A stretch of 64,000 nt of DNA, taken from contig NC_068989.1 in NCBI RefSeq assembly GCF_001194135.2, forward strand, positions 974,266-1,038,265, read 5' to 3'. How positions within the stretch are numbered: the first letter of the stretch is position 1; each line of letters begins with the position of its first letter. Origin of the DNA: Octopus bimaculoides. Taxonomy: Eukaryota. Below are positions 13,993 through 25,943 of the stretch, piece by piece. The notes below the pieces were generated by a model, which was given only the letters and a program-made list of their open reading frames with translations, was not told the DNA's origin and did no database searches. The position numbers and the translations under genes are program-made.

Positions 13993-14711
13993 NNNNNNNN
14001 NNNNNNNNNNNNNNNNNNNNNNNNNNNNNNNNNNNNNNNNNNNNNNNNNNNNNNNNNNNNNNNNNNNNNNNNNNNNNNNNNNNNNNNNNNNNNNNNNNNN
14101 NNNNNNNNNNNNNNNNNNNNNNNNNNNNNNNNNNNNNNNNNNNNNNNNNNNNNNNNNNNNNNNNNNNNNNNNNNNNNNNNNNNNNNNNNNNNNNNNNNNN
14201 NNNNNNNNNNNNNNNNNNNNNNNNNNNNNNNNNNNNNNNNNNNNNNNNNNNNNNNNNNNNNNNNNNNNNNNNNNNNNNNNNNNNNNNNNNNNNNNNNNNN
14301 NNNNNNNNNNNNNNNNNNNNNNNNNNNNNNNNNNNNNNNNNNNNNNNNNNNNNNNNNNNNNNNNNNNNNNNNNNNNNNNNNNNNNNNNNNNNNNNNNNNN
14401 NNNNNNNNNNNNNNNNNNNNNNNNNNNNNNNNNNNNNNNNNNNNNNNNNNNNNNNNNNNNNNNNNNNNNNNNNNNNNNNNNNNNNNNNNNNNNNNNNNNN
14501 NNNNNNNNNNNNNNNNNNNNNNNNNNNNNNNNNNNNNNNNNNNNNNNNNNNNNNNNNNNNNNNNNNNNNNNNNNNNNNNNNNNNNNNNNNNNNNNNNNNN
14601 NNNNNNNNNNNNNNNNNNNNNNNNNNNNNNNNNNNNNNNNNNNNNNNNNNNNNNNNNNNNNNNNNNNNNNNNNNNNNNNNNNNNNNNNNNNNNNNNNNNN
14701 NNNNNNNNNNN
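13993..14711. other. Assembly gap (719 N) within IGF2BP
   Basis: Run of N. Other gaps occur near 3773, 19895, 28715, 39810, 44074, 49638, 54803, 56751 and 57763. Confidence 1.
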
Positions 14712-14898
14712 ATTAATCATCTTAAAATGAGAAGTTTATATTTTAAAACAAGGACAGTTTCAGACAGGTTGGTATCAAAAGTTTTAAACATTCAATTTAT
14801 ATAATTCTTAGAATTAGTTTCAGTTTGAAAGCAATTATTTTCTTATTCTTTGCTTTTTTTATTTTGCACAGTTTTATGTAATTAAGATGTAATTTATA

Positions 14899-15727
14899 TC
14901 AGCTGAGTAAAAAATAAGCAACGTTTTGAAACCTGAAATTCATCACAATATATTTCAAGAATGTAGAAAATTTATTCCTCAAAGTACGTACCATTACAAT
15001 CAACACATTTTTGCCAACGAGTTACAAGTTTGTTTATTCCAGTAACATAAAAATCTGGAGTTCTGGAGCTGATGAACTCTTTGAATGCATTTTCACCATT
15101 GGTTTGATTTTTGAACTTCTTCTCTCGCAGGAAACCATCAAAATGCTTGGAAAAGTGGTAGTCTGTAGAAGGGCCTGGGGAATAAGCTGGATGGGGAAGA
15201 ACTTCGTAGCCAAGTTCCCTCAACTTCTGGAGTGTCATTAGTGAAATGTGTGGTCAAGCATTGTCCTGAAGAATGATTGACTCTCTTCTGTTGACCAGTC
15301 TGGGATGGAGGAGTAGCAGTTTTTCGTTCATTTGGGCAATTTCATAACAATATGTTTCTGCAGTAATGGTTTTTTGGTGGGGTTTTAAGAAGTGATAGTG
15401 GGTGAGTTAAGCAGTACATCACCAGTCACCATAAGCTTTTTTTTGAAGAGCTTGGGTTTAGGGAAGGTTTTCGGTGCTTCATTTTTTCATTACAAGTTAC
15501 AATAAGGTTGAGAAATGGATTGATCTGGTTATGGAGAAGAAGCAACGAGCAAATTTCATATCAGCGCATTGTCTGATTTTCATTCAAATCGTGTGGTACT
15601 CATTTATTGAGCTTTTTTTCATGTTTTGATTGCAAAAAGATATATTAAAAATTTCAAAACTCTGGTACAAAAATCCGGTACAAATTCTTCGTGATTCAAA
15701 ACGTTGCTTACTTTTTACTCAACTTGA
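14899..15727 (-). mobile_element. Internally deleted mariner (Hsmar1/cecropia-like) DNA transposon
   Basis: ~33-bp TIRs (tcagctgagtaaaaaataagcaacgttttgaa ... ttcaaaacgttgcttactttttactcaacttga) each flanked by TA. Minus-strand transposase remnant (VPHDLNENQ..IVTCNE..EAPKTFPKPKL..LQDNA*PH..TLQKLRELGYEVLPHPAYSP..TDYH..RWQKCVDCNGTYF) with stops and deletions; N-terminal HTH missing. Confidence 0.92.
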
Positions 15728-15815
15728 TACAAATGTTCTATTTTGCAGAATGTTTATATTCCGTTGTTACAAAATGATCTCAGTCGTTGGACTCACTACC
15801 TTTTTAAATTTTTAG

Positions 15816-15867
15816 TTAGTAATGGTGTTGTGTATGTAACTTACAACAATCCAGATCAAGCTCAGCA
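15816..15867 (+). CDS. IGF2BP: IGF2BP exon, RRM2: (V)SNGVVYVTYNNPDQAQ(Q)
   Basis: Acceptor tttag, donor gtaagt at 15868. Matches 'AVVNVTYSNREQTRQ'. An alternative AG at 15818-15819 is possible. Confidence 0.85.
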
Positions 15868-16960
15868 GTAAGTTATCTTTTAAATATTATTATTATTATT
15901 ATTATTATTATTTAGCTACATTTCTTTTACACTTTTTCACATGATTACAAACTTATGCATCACAGCATCTATTTTCCATGCTGACATAGCTCTAACTTTA
16001 GTGTTATTGTTTGTGGTGATTTCACAGTAATAAGCTGAAATATTTCATTGCTCTGTTTATTTTACGCTTAGATAAAATAAATAATCAAACATTTAAGGAT
16101 TGTATCCAGCAGTATTTGAAAAACCTTAACTTGAGGGTTATCGGTTAATTGATGTTTGTGCCCTTTTAAAAAGACATCAATAATTCAAAACAGCTAAAAT
16201 AGTTGCCAGAAATCAAAGCAGTTAAAGACTCAAAAACTGCTGCCTTCTGTTTGTTGATTTAGAGGAGGATTCTGACAGGGCTTCATGCTCTGATGTTAGG
16301 AGTAGATGACTGGTGGAGAGAATGTAGCAAACCATGTCCAGAGATGCTCTCAACAAAGTGAGTGAGCAACCTGTGCTGCTGCTGCTGCTTGTGTGGGGAG
16401 TGTGGTGTGTTGTATAATAGTAAGAAGGCATGGGCATAGTTTGGAGAAGTGCAAAAGTGGGGGAGAAATAAAGCAGGTATGCTCTACTGGATGTGTAATG
16501 ATAAGTGTGCATGCATGGATGGTGAAGCACAGTGGAGTGGACAGAGAATGAATTAAAAGAAAAATTAACATGAAATTATGATGGAAGACTTTGAAATCAT
16601 TTTAGAGAAAGTTTATATCCTACAATGAAGCTTGGTATCAAAAGGGTATTAGGTTGAACTACCATTGTTGAAAGTAACACATTTCTTGAAAAATGTAACT
16701 CAAAACAAAATAAAATCTGATTATTTGAGATCTGAGAAAGTTTTTGGAAACTAAGACTATTATTTCTCTTAATAATTTAAAAAGTTAAAATATTTCAAAG
16801 TATCAAAGTTAATCAGTGTATATTGTAAATCTAATGAGACATCTACTTAATTCTTCTGTGTATTTCCTGAAAAACATGTAATTTCATAATTTGTTTATTT
16901 GTTTTTTTTTATTTGTATTTATTAATTTGTTATGAGTTTCTTTTTCCCCCCCATTTTTAG

Positions 16961-17009
16961 AGTTATTTCACAATTAAATGGTTATGATTTCCAAGGCTCA
17001 ATTTTAAAG
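16961..17009 (+). CDS. IGF2BP: IGF2BP exon, RRM2 end: VISQLNGYDFQGSILK
   Basis: ttttag acceptor, gtaagg donor. Matches 'AIMKLNGHQLENHALK'; phase 2 to 0. Confidence 0.92.
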
Positions 17010-17727
17010 GTAAGGAATTGTAAAAATTCAAAATTTGTTCTGCCTAAACATTTGTATCTGCAAATATAACTGTAAAAGATAATTGAAATTCATGATGTCT
17101 GAAGAGGTATTGCTTCTGTCCTGTAAATTATCAGATGATTTGTGAGGTGAGCTTCAAGACATCAAAACATGATGGGACAGAATGGCATCTATATTAAAGA
17201 TGGCAAGAACTAAGAGGATATTTCCAAACTGGAATATTTTATGGCTGACAAATTTTAGTAATAGTGACCATAGTTTTCTAATTGTGTTAATCATACAACT
17301 GATAAATTATGGATAAAGATATGGCTCACATATTGATCTATTGAAAAGTACAGGGGCCCTTTTGCTTTTATGTTGATATGAAAAAGAAATTGGACAGTAA
17401 AATTAAAAAAAACAATTGGTGCCTAACCTACTACATTTCATTTTTTTTTTTTTTTTGATGAGTTTCCCATTTGTGGAGGAAATAATCTTCAAATTTTGAT
17501 ATGGTGAAGCAAGTAAAGTATGTTCTCAGATACACAACATATATTGAATCTGGACTTCAATCTATATTATGTGTCATGTGTCAGAAATTGGTTATGGCTG
17601 AGATCAAAACCTTTATGCTGAGTTTAATTGCATGAGACTTTTTGTCCAAATTAGTTCATTTTTAATTTCCTCTAATAATGTCTAAATTTAATTTTATTAC
17701 AATTCACTGAAATTACTCTTGTTTCAT

Positions 17728-18030
17728 CATCATTCGATGTCCTTTTCTCCATGCTAGCATGGGTTGGATGATTTGACAAGAACGGACAAACCAAAGGGCT
17801 CTGCCAGTTTTATGTCTGCTTTGGCTGGAATGTCCTTCCTATCACCAACCACTTAGAGTGCTCTGGGTGCATTTTTACATAGCACCAGCACTGGTGAGAT
17901 AGCCAAGTACTTGCAAGATAAGACCCCCTGCCCTCAACTGAGTATAGACTGGAGAAACTATGATAGAGGGAGAGGAGCAGGTGTCTTACTGAAGAGGTGA
18001 ACACATGATTTGGCCACCTGCAAAGTGAAA
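17728..18030 (-). mobile_element. Family D copy
   Basis: catcatcatt..ttttctccatgctagcatgggttgga..ggaatgtccttcctatcaccaaccact. Confidence 0.7.
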
Positions 18031-18295
18031 GGAGACAGATGCTTGCTTTAAATAATTCTCCTTTTATTTCAATATTTGCAAATAGTAAGACTTTTCTCGT
18101 GTAAGCTTTGTGTATACTGCTTAAAGTATAATATTTTTAGAGGTGATTTCTGTTTGGAATATAAAACAAATGTTGGCAATATAAAAACCTAAAATTATGG
18201 GAGAGAGCATAGAAGTCCATAGGTTCATAATAATTAATCACTAAGTTAATTGTAATAAAAATTGTTTGACTTAAATATGATCAATTATTTTTTAG

Positions 18296-18384
18296 GCTGA
18301 TTTTGCTAGCAGCAGAGCACGAAATAACCAGTCTAATTCTAATAACGGCTCAGGGATGGTGTGTGGTCAAGATTTACCTCTTAG
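18296..18384 (+). CDS. IGF2BP: IGF2BP exon, linker: ADFASSRARNNQSNSNNGSGMVCGQDLPL(R)
   Basis: tttag acceptor, gtaaga donor. Ends in the conserved 'DLPLR' preceding KH1. Confidence 0.92.
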
Positions 18385-18554
18385 GTAAGAAAACTTGACC
18401 ATTTAATGTTCATGGATTGGATGCAAAGTTTCTACAGCTGGATGCCCTTCCTAATGCCAACCACTCTAAGAGTAGTTTAACTTTGAAAATTTAATATGAA
18501 TGTTTGCATAATAAATTAAATGTTTTGAAATTAATAATTCTTCTCATTGTTTAG

Positions 18555-18641
18555 AGTTCTGGTTGGTAGAGAATATGTCGGTGCTATCATTGGCAAACAA
18601 GGTCAAACTATAAAACAAATTACATCTCAGAGCAATGCTCG
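18555..18641 (+). CDS. IGF2BP: IGF2BP exon, KH1: VLVGREYVGAIIGKQGQTIKQITSQSNA(R)
   Basis: KH GAIIGKxG motif; canonical ag/gtaagt; phase-consistent. Confidence 0.97.
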
Positions 18642-19253
18642 GTAAGTAAAATATTTTTTTGTCAATTTGTATTATTATTATTATTATTATTTCCAACAGA
18701 GAGTTTTTTCTTTCTTACTAGCAACAACTTTAGTCTTTGCTAGGTTAACTTTAAACAACTTGTGTGGCAAAGGACTATACATTAGTCAGTTAGAAACTTA
18801 TTCTTCAAATTAACCACCCCACTGTTGTCTCTGTAAAGACTTTACTGCTCCAAAAAACAGATTTAAAAAAAAATTTTGTAACCCTTCATGGTATTTTGGT
18901 TGTCAGCATATATATCAATTTGTGATGTATTAGAAACAAATTTATTTTAATGGAAAGACAATTCAAAGTAGGGTCACTGTGCGATTTGTTTCATTAATTG
19001 GCTTATTTGGGATTAAATTACATGCTTAATAGAATGGTAATCTGATGATAAGCTAAGTTTATAATTTGATTTCAGTTTGCAAGTGTAGCTGTCTCTATTA
19101 CTTGATCCAAATGAAAGATCCTCAGTTAAAATAAGAGTAATGCCAAGTAACCATATTTGGAAATTCTAACAAATGTCCCCGAATTCTTGCTTGATTGAAT
19201 GAGGCGTTGCATCTGCTCCCTACTTTCTGACATTGTGTTCTATATTATTCCAG

Positions 19254-19296
19254 AATAGATGTACATCGGCCTCCTGATAATTCTGCTTCAGAGACG
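19254..19296 (+). CDS. IGF2BP: IGF2BP exon, KH1: IDVHRPPDNSASET
   Basis: ccag acceptor, gtgagt donor; matches the 'IDVHRKEN' motif. Confidence 0.93.
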
Positions 19297-19599
19297 GTGA
19301 GTTTGGTTTTAGTTGTAAACTTTTTCAATGCACCAACAGCTTAAAGAAAAATGGTTTTGTTCAATTCACAAAAACATTACAGAATATGTATTTGAGTAGA
19401 TGAGTTAGTAATTTGTCATCAGTGATATCAATATCAGTTTGTATAAAGTCTTTTTACAATGTAACTTGTTGAGGACCGAAACCTTATTTAACAAATGCAA
19501 CAGCCATCAATAAATTACTGTAAATTCCAGTTATTCTTACATTTACAATTATTCTCATTTACAACCTTCACATAATAAGACAACACTTTTTATATATCC

Positions 19600-19895
19600 T
19601 TATCATTTAACATCCATTTTCCTTGCTGGCATGGGTTGGATGGTTTGACTGGATCTGGCAAGGCCAGAGGACTGCACCAATCTCTACTGTCTGCTTTGGC
19701 ATTGGTTCCTACAGCTGAATGCTCTTCCTAAATTCCAAGCACTTTATAGAGTGAGTGCATTGGGTGCTTTTTTTTTTTTTTACATGGTACCAGCAGCAGT
19801 GACGTCACAAGACCCCCTCAACTGAGTGGAAGGGGTGTAGTATTGAAGGGGTGGCTTTGTTCCAAGTAGTGGGCAGCTAGTATATGAATAGTGGN
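19600..19895 (-). mobile_element. Family D copy
   Basis: catcatttaacatccattttccttgctggcatgggttggatggtttgac. Confidence 0.7.
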
Positions 19896-20324
19896 NNNNN
19901 NNNNNNNNNNNNNNNNNNNNNNNNNNNNNNNNNNNNNNNNNNNNNNNNNNNNNNNNNNNNNNNNNNNNNNNNNNNNNNNNNNNNNNNNNNNNNNNNNNNN
20001 NNNNNNNNNNGATAGACGAGAGAGAGGGGGTGGGGGGAAGTGATGGGGGAGGGTTCACCCAAGGTACAGGGAGGTGTGTATGTAATGAAGTGGACTAGGG
20101 ATTGGACAGGGTGAGTTGATGGGGATGGGTAAGTTTAGGAGATTGTGAAAGAGTGGGGGATGGAGGGGAGTGGGCACAAGTAGGTGGAGGTGGTGTTAGG
20201 AGGAGGTATGGGAAAAGATTTGACTGGGACATTGTGTGTAGGTAGGTTTGCAAGGGAGAATGAGAGGGGAATACAGTGAGTGGAGGAGGTATGAGGTAGA
20301 TGGTATGTGGTGGTGGTTGTGGGG

Positions 20325-20490
20325 GAGGTTTGTCGGGTCATAATGGACATGCTTTTATGGCTTGTCTACTAAATTCACTGACAAGGCTCTGGTCAGTGTG
20401 GTCTAGTAGGAGACACTTGCTCAAGGTGCTGTGCAGTGCGACTGAACCCAAGACCACATTAAGAAGTTTCTTAAGCACACAGCTAATCAT
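20325..20490 (-). mobile_element. SINE family A copy (diverged)
   Basis: agacacttgctcaaggtg..actgaacccaagaccac matches family A in reverse. Confidence 0.65.
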
Positions 20491-20496
20491 GCACCA

Positions 20497-20532
<36 letters not shown>

Positions 20533-20784
20533 AACCATAGAAAAGTGGATGTAATGATGATGATGTATATATTCAGAGAGAAAGAGTGGTGCAGGTATAT
20601 TAAATGAATTATAAGAATTTCAACGTTGAAACCTGCAACAAAAACTGCAATTTTACAAATTTGAATAGAATATTTTCTCATCCTTTCCCCCCATTTTCTC
20701 TGGTTACTACATCAACATATCTTAACACCTTTAATGTTGCAATCACCATTTAAATTTTGTGTTCTTCATTTTCTTTTTCCCAAG

Positions 20785-20876
20785 TTGGTAACAATCAAAG
20801 GCAGCTCAAGCAGCTGCACCACAGCATGCAGGGAATTAATGAAAGTTATACAGCAAGAAGCAACTTCGTTAAATCG
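20785..20876 (+). CDS. IGF2BP: IGF2BP exon, KH1 end: LVTIKGSSSSCTTACRELMKVIQQEATSLN(R)
   Basis: Pyrimidine tract plus caag acceptor; gtttgt donor at 20877 gives the phase 2 required by the next exon. Matches 'C..AC..I..VMQQEA'. Confidence 0.9.
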
Positions 20877-22241
20877 GTTTGTTTCATTTAAATAATTAAA
20901 CTTTCGTTACTGGGTTTATGTAAATTCAGCCGTTAACATATTTGGTGTGGGTGACATGCTTTTTCTTTTTTCAAAAATATGACCCTTGTGCTCTATGTGA
21001 AGATACATATAGCCCGTTATATGTGGTTATATTTGTCTTAGAGAAATGCTTATCTCCAGCTTTTGGCTACTTTAGACTATTAGTAATTCTATGTTCTAAA
21101 GAGAAAGAACCTGTAAATGGTTGCCAGCCTGCTAGAAATATCAACTAAATCTTCCAAATCTCATGCTAACATGTAGGTTGATTTTGGTCTGGATTCATTG
21201 TCTGGAAATAAGACTGGATGATCATGGCTGGAATGCCTTTGATCACAGGGCCGAAAAGATGGGGTTTATTTTTCCTTCTATCTTTTAACCTATAAATTTC
21301 AACGAACATTATTAATTTCTTAACTACAGAGAAAGCATTTTAATTATTAAATGCAGAAAACCTGTTTTCTTGAATATTTCCTATAGAAATTGTTTAATTT
21401 TATATGGTAGTTTTTGATTTAAATTTTTATATTTTCTATCAATTTGAATCTTTAAATTTTTGTCTCCACTAAAACTAAAAGTACTTTCAATATGATATTG
21501 TGGTTATGATTTGTTTGTTCAATGTAGAGAAGAATGGGATAATATGTGAAATACTGGAGAAAGGGTATCATGGTATCAAAACAGTTTCTCTTAATTGTAA
21601 TATTATTTTGACAAAATCTTTCGGAATGTATGAGCTAATAAGTTGAGCTGTTAAAATTTTTATGATACAGCAATTTATTTAAAGTACTTGAGAATTTTGG
21701 AAAAATTTACACTTCTGCAGAAAAATTTTTAAAATCTCCATTAAGTATTTCATATTGGGTCCCATTTATTCTTGCAGAGAGTGCTTCAACACTGGAATGT
21801 AGCATCAATATTCAAGCAATTTCACAATTTGTTCAAATTTCAATTGAACAATGTATAACATTGTATGCTTTCATTCTGCTACGTGAATGAAATTCTCTTA
21901 CTTTTTGTATTGTCTTTGATGTTTGAAATATGCTACACGTTTTACCACACACAATTGGCAGTATATTATAACGAGCATTTTATATCTGAAAGGTCCTGCA
22001 TCTAACTTTACCAGACCTGTGCATTATATGTGGTTGCCCTTCTTTCCAACAGGTTGAACCATTCATTTCAATAGTTGCTAACTTCAAGTCATCTGAGAGG
22101 AGTTAATTTTATGTATAATTGGAAAATGTTTGCAAATTTTAGTTTAGCTGGTCTCCCTGTTTGGTCCATTTCATTCCACCCCCTCACACTCTCTCTCTTA
22201 CACTTATTTCATTGAAACAATTGTTTTGTCTATTTTTTCAG

Positions 22242-22358
22242 AACAAACTCATTACGAATATTATGTCCAAACAGTCTTTGTGGTCGTATGATTGGCAAGC
22301 ATGGTAGTGTCATTAAAAGCATCATGCAAGACTCAGATTCTCACATTACGGTCTCCAG
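22242..22358 (+). CDS. IGF2BP: IGF2BP exon, KH2: TNSLRILCPNSLCGRMIGKHGSVIKSIMQDSDSHITVS(S)
   Basis: KH GRxIGKxG motif; ttttcag acceptor, gtattg donor. Confidence 0.96.
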
Positions 22359-22574
22359 GTATTGTGCTCTTTGCCTCTTTAGCCTTTATTTCCTCTCTCT
22401 GCAACCTTCTTTCAACTGAATATTTTTTTAAAGTCCAGAAAAATGGATTCCGAAAAGAAAGTGTTTCTTTTTAAAGCAGTTTCTTTCTCTAAAATAAAGA
22501 TTAAGGAAACGTTTATTTCTATTTATTTTATTGTCTCTTTTGCTAACATTATTTATTACTTTCCTCCCATTTAG

Positions 22575-22716
22575 TATCAATGATGCAAATGTGAATAATC
22601 ATTTCATTGACCGTGTGATTACAATAAATGCTTCGCTGGATGCTATGTCCAAAGCTGAAAAGATGATATCAGAAAGGATGAGGAAATTCTATGCTCAAGA
22701 TTCTCAACAGATGGCT
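22575..22716 (+). CDS. IGF2BP: IGF2BP exon, KH2 end: INDANVNNHFIDRVITINASLDAMSKAEKMISERMRKFYAQDSQQMA
   Basis: tttag acceptor, gtgagt donor. Matches 'ERxITVKG...xxAExxI..K.RxxYExD'. Confidence 0.94.
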
Positions 22717-23711
22717 GTGAGTTCTGTCTCTCTGTTTTCTGCCGATTGTATTTAGGGTGTACTTATGGCATACTGATTGAATAGGCATCAACTGGTCGTT
22801 GCTTCTACAGACACTGAATGCGGAGAAAATTCCTTACAAATGTTTTCACACTCATTTTGAAGGCTTTTCACATTCTGTGGGGTGGCATTTGGCAGTTTGA
22901 GTGCCACTGGATTAACTGAAGAAGAAACCGCAAATATATGTGAGGGGAGATAACTTGCATTGTTAATTTCAATTTAGCAATGTAGTTATCCTCCTTAGAA
23001 TTTTGTATAGCAATTAAGTCAAATCACCTGCCAATAAATAGTTCTTTAATCTATTGGAGCACTATGACAGTTGAAACTATATTTTGAACTGAAATATTTT
23101 AATAAATGGCTTACTTGGTCAGTATGCTGGGTGGTATTCAGATTTTGCTCAGTTTTGATATTTTGTAATCCATAGTCTGCCAACTTAATGTCTGTGCAAC
23201 CTCTCGTTAATCCTTTGATTACATTCATTCTTTTCTACTATTGTGTGGTTTCTTGAACATTTTCTAAGAATCATTAAAAACTCTACTTCCGACAGTTTCT
23301 AGTGTAAAAAATATTGCTTTGAATTGTTTCATAAGCTTCTTATTAAGGTTTTGAATTGTGTACAAATATTCTCAAATGTTATAAGAATGTCATTGACATC
23401 TCATTGTAGAAAATGCTAATACATGGTGATAATTAGCAAGGAACACTGTCGGTAACGTTTTAGAAGTTTAGTCTTACTGTTCTCAAGCTGCATGATTGTC
23501 AGGGCACATTCTTTATGCTTCATAATATGTAATTATTTGAACAGTAAACATAATTACCTCATTAGTGATTCACAAGAATTTGACAATAACTAATTACATA
23601 ATTATTTTGAATTTTTACTTTTATATTTTAGTGTCTGCTTGAATTGATTGAAATGTGGATATAGTTTTAATTTTTTCAAAAGGTTTTATTAAATCAAACT
23701 TTTGTTTCTAG

Positions 23712-23807
23712 TATCAGCCCCCAATGGCTCTTGGAGTACCTGCATTTGCTATGATGCCTGGAATAAACAGTTTCCCTACTTTAAGGCATCCTTATCCTCC
23801 TTATGTG
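23712..23807 (+). CDS. IGF2BP: IGF2BP exon, KH2-KH3 linker: YQPPMALGVPAFAMMPGINSFPTLRHPYPPYV
   Basis: ttctag acceptor, gtaagc donor. 96 nt, phase 0-0, Pro/Met-rich linker; symmetric, so potentially skippable. Confidence 0.8.
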
Positions 23808-24345
23808 GTAAGCTGCTTCTTTCATATTTTTTAATTCTTGTTTCAGTCATTGGACTGCAGCCATGCTGGGGTTTGTTATTTTTCTTAATAGGTTACAACA
23901 TGGTTTTCCTCTTTCTATTGATTGAAAGCTTTATCAGTTACATACAGTTGTATCATGTAGAATAGAGTTGTGCTAATCTAGAAAGGGTTGCTAGATTAAA
24001 TGTAATTGATGGGATTGTAGAAATTTATCCAGTGAGAGAAGTAGATTCCATAGCCTTATGGAATCTTTTTCAGACTAGTACTGGTGATATTTGGCTAAGT
24101 TATAAAGGGAGAGAGAGTGTGTGTGTGTGTGTGTGTGATTGATTGAGATTTGGATATTTGGACGTCTGAAATGATAAAGCTAGATACTGTATGTGGCACT
24201 GTTTAGTTTCCCTTTTCTACAACTTGAGCTCAAGTTCCCAAACAGGTTAGCTTACCTTTTCATCTTTCCATGGTCAATGAATACCAGTCATATACTCTGG
24301 TTGGTTCCATGTACTTATGGGGGATTATTTTTCTTTTCATTTCAG

Positions 24346-24522
24346 CAAGGAAATAATTGGTATCCTGGTTTCTGTGGTCTTCTTCCTAATCCACAACCTC
24401 CACAGCAACATCAAGAAGAAGTGACCTACCTCTATATTCCTAAAAGGGCTGTTGGTTCTATTATTGGAAGTAAAGGCATCAACATTCAGACAATCAAAAG
24501 AGATTCAAGTGCTCGAATCAAA
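24346..24522 (+). CDS. IGF2BP: IGF2BP exon, linker plus KH3: QGNNWYPGF...EVTYLYIPKRAVGSIIGSKGINIQTIKRDSSARIK
   Basis: ttcag acceptor, gtgagt donor; KH GxIIGxxG motif. Confidence 0.96.
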
Positions 24523-24631
24523 GTGAGTTGATAGCTTTTTTTGGTGGTGGTGGTGGTTCCTTTCCTTTTTTTAATTTTTATAAATTTCTTTGATTTGAGT
24601 TTAATAAAAACTCTTGCCTTGTCTTGTTTAG

Positions 24632-24736
24632 ATATTACCAAATAATAAAGGTGAAGGTGATGAGAAAAAAGGTTCCTCTTCAAATATGGACGAAAGGAAA
24701 GCTATTATTGTTGGTGATTTAGATGCTCAATGGAAA
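24632..24736 (+). CDS. IGF2BP: IGF2BP exon, KH3: ILPNNKGEGDEKKGSSSNMDERKAIIVGDLDAQWK
   Basis: tttag acceptor, gtaagt donor; matches 'R.V.I.G.PEAQWK'. Confidence 0.94.
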
Positions 24737-25719
24737 GTAAGTAAAATCTGAAATTAGTTTGATAGTTTCCGATTTACTATCGCAATCAATTGGAGTTCAT
24801 ACATTTTGGCATTGTTGCTGTCCACTTTTATATGACTGAGTTTTTAAGTTTGAACTGAGGACAATTCACCATAAAGCAATAAATGTTAAATAGCAATTTT
24901 TTTTAACTGTTCACAACTCAAGAATTTAACACTAATCTCATTGAAATTTCTATATCATCACCATCATAATGTGTGTTCCATACTGGCATGGGCTGGACAG
25001 TTTGACAGGAACCGGCAAGCTAGAAGCCTCTGTCAAGCTCTATTGTCTGTTTTGGCATAGTTTCTATGGCTTTATAAATGTATGATAGGAATATAACAAA
25101 TTTAGCAAAATGTTGAATTTTAAACTAAATATTTGTGGTAATTAAGCAAATTAGTCAAATATTTAAAATGATTTAGAATGTCTGTAGCGAGTTGGCTCCA
25201 GAGAATTGTACTCTTAATTTCCAACTTGAGAAGAATTTAACTTAATACAAGTTGTGAATATTATGTCTGATTATAAAACATTACTACCAGACGTTCTCTA
25301 CCAGGTGAACATTTTTAACTGCTGTCTACTCGCGTGTCATTAACTTGATGTAAAGTAGATTAATTATAGAGAAGTAACTATGTTAATCCATGAAAGTGTG
25401 CAATGGTGCTCAACTATATCAATGCCAACTGGGTCCTTGGTGAGTGTTGTAACAATTGCAATAGAATGTATTTCATGTTTGCAAGAATAGTTGAATTAAA
25501 TGCTGTTAAACCTGGCTGATTGCTTAAGGGATTTGAGTTCATTGTAGGAGCTGCTCGGGGCTGATGGGCAAGTAGGGTTTTTTTTTGTTTTTTTTACCTT
25601 CAATTTATAGATAGGAATAATGATTTAGATTGTTGACATTCATTAGTTTGTCTTAGGAGGATTATAAAGGTTTGGAAATTCAGCAACAGAAATTGTTAAA
25701 GATTAATTTTGTTTTGTAG

Positions 25720-25848
25720 GCTCAGTTTTATCTTTTTGAGAAAGTTAAAGATGATGGAGCTTTTGGTAAGGAAGAAGTGAAGTTGCGTTCTGAAATAATG
25801 GTTCCTCGCAGCATTATTGGCAGAATTATTGGCCGTGGCGGACAGAAT
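25720..25848 (+). CDS. IGF2BP: IGF2BP exon, KH3 end/KH4: AQFYLFEKVKDDGAFGKEEVKLRSEIMVPRSIIGRIIGRGGQN
   Basis: tttgtag acceptor, gtaagc donor; GRIIGxGG motif. Confidence 0.97.
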
Positions 25849-25943
25849 GTAAGCAGACTTTGAATTTGTGTTGTGTGTGTTTATTACAGTATAGACAGGT
25901 GTAATGGTTGGTTTTTCTTTATTGTAAATATTTTCTCTTTCAG

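Noticed and set aside
13950-14804. Long 'ORFs' of 250-270 aa in the ORF track, and similar ones at 49528-50057, 56367-57158 and 57636-58370
   Set aside because: They are artefacts of N runs and microsatellites.
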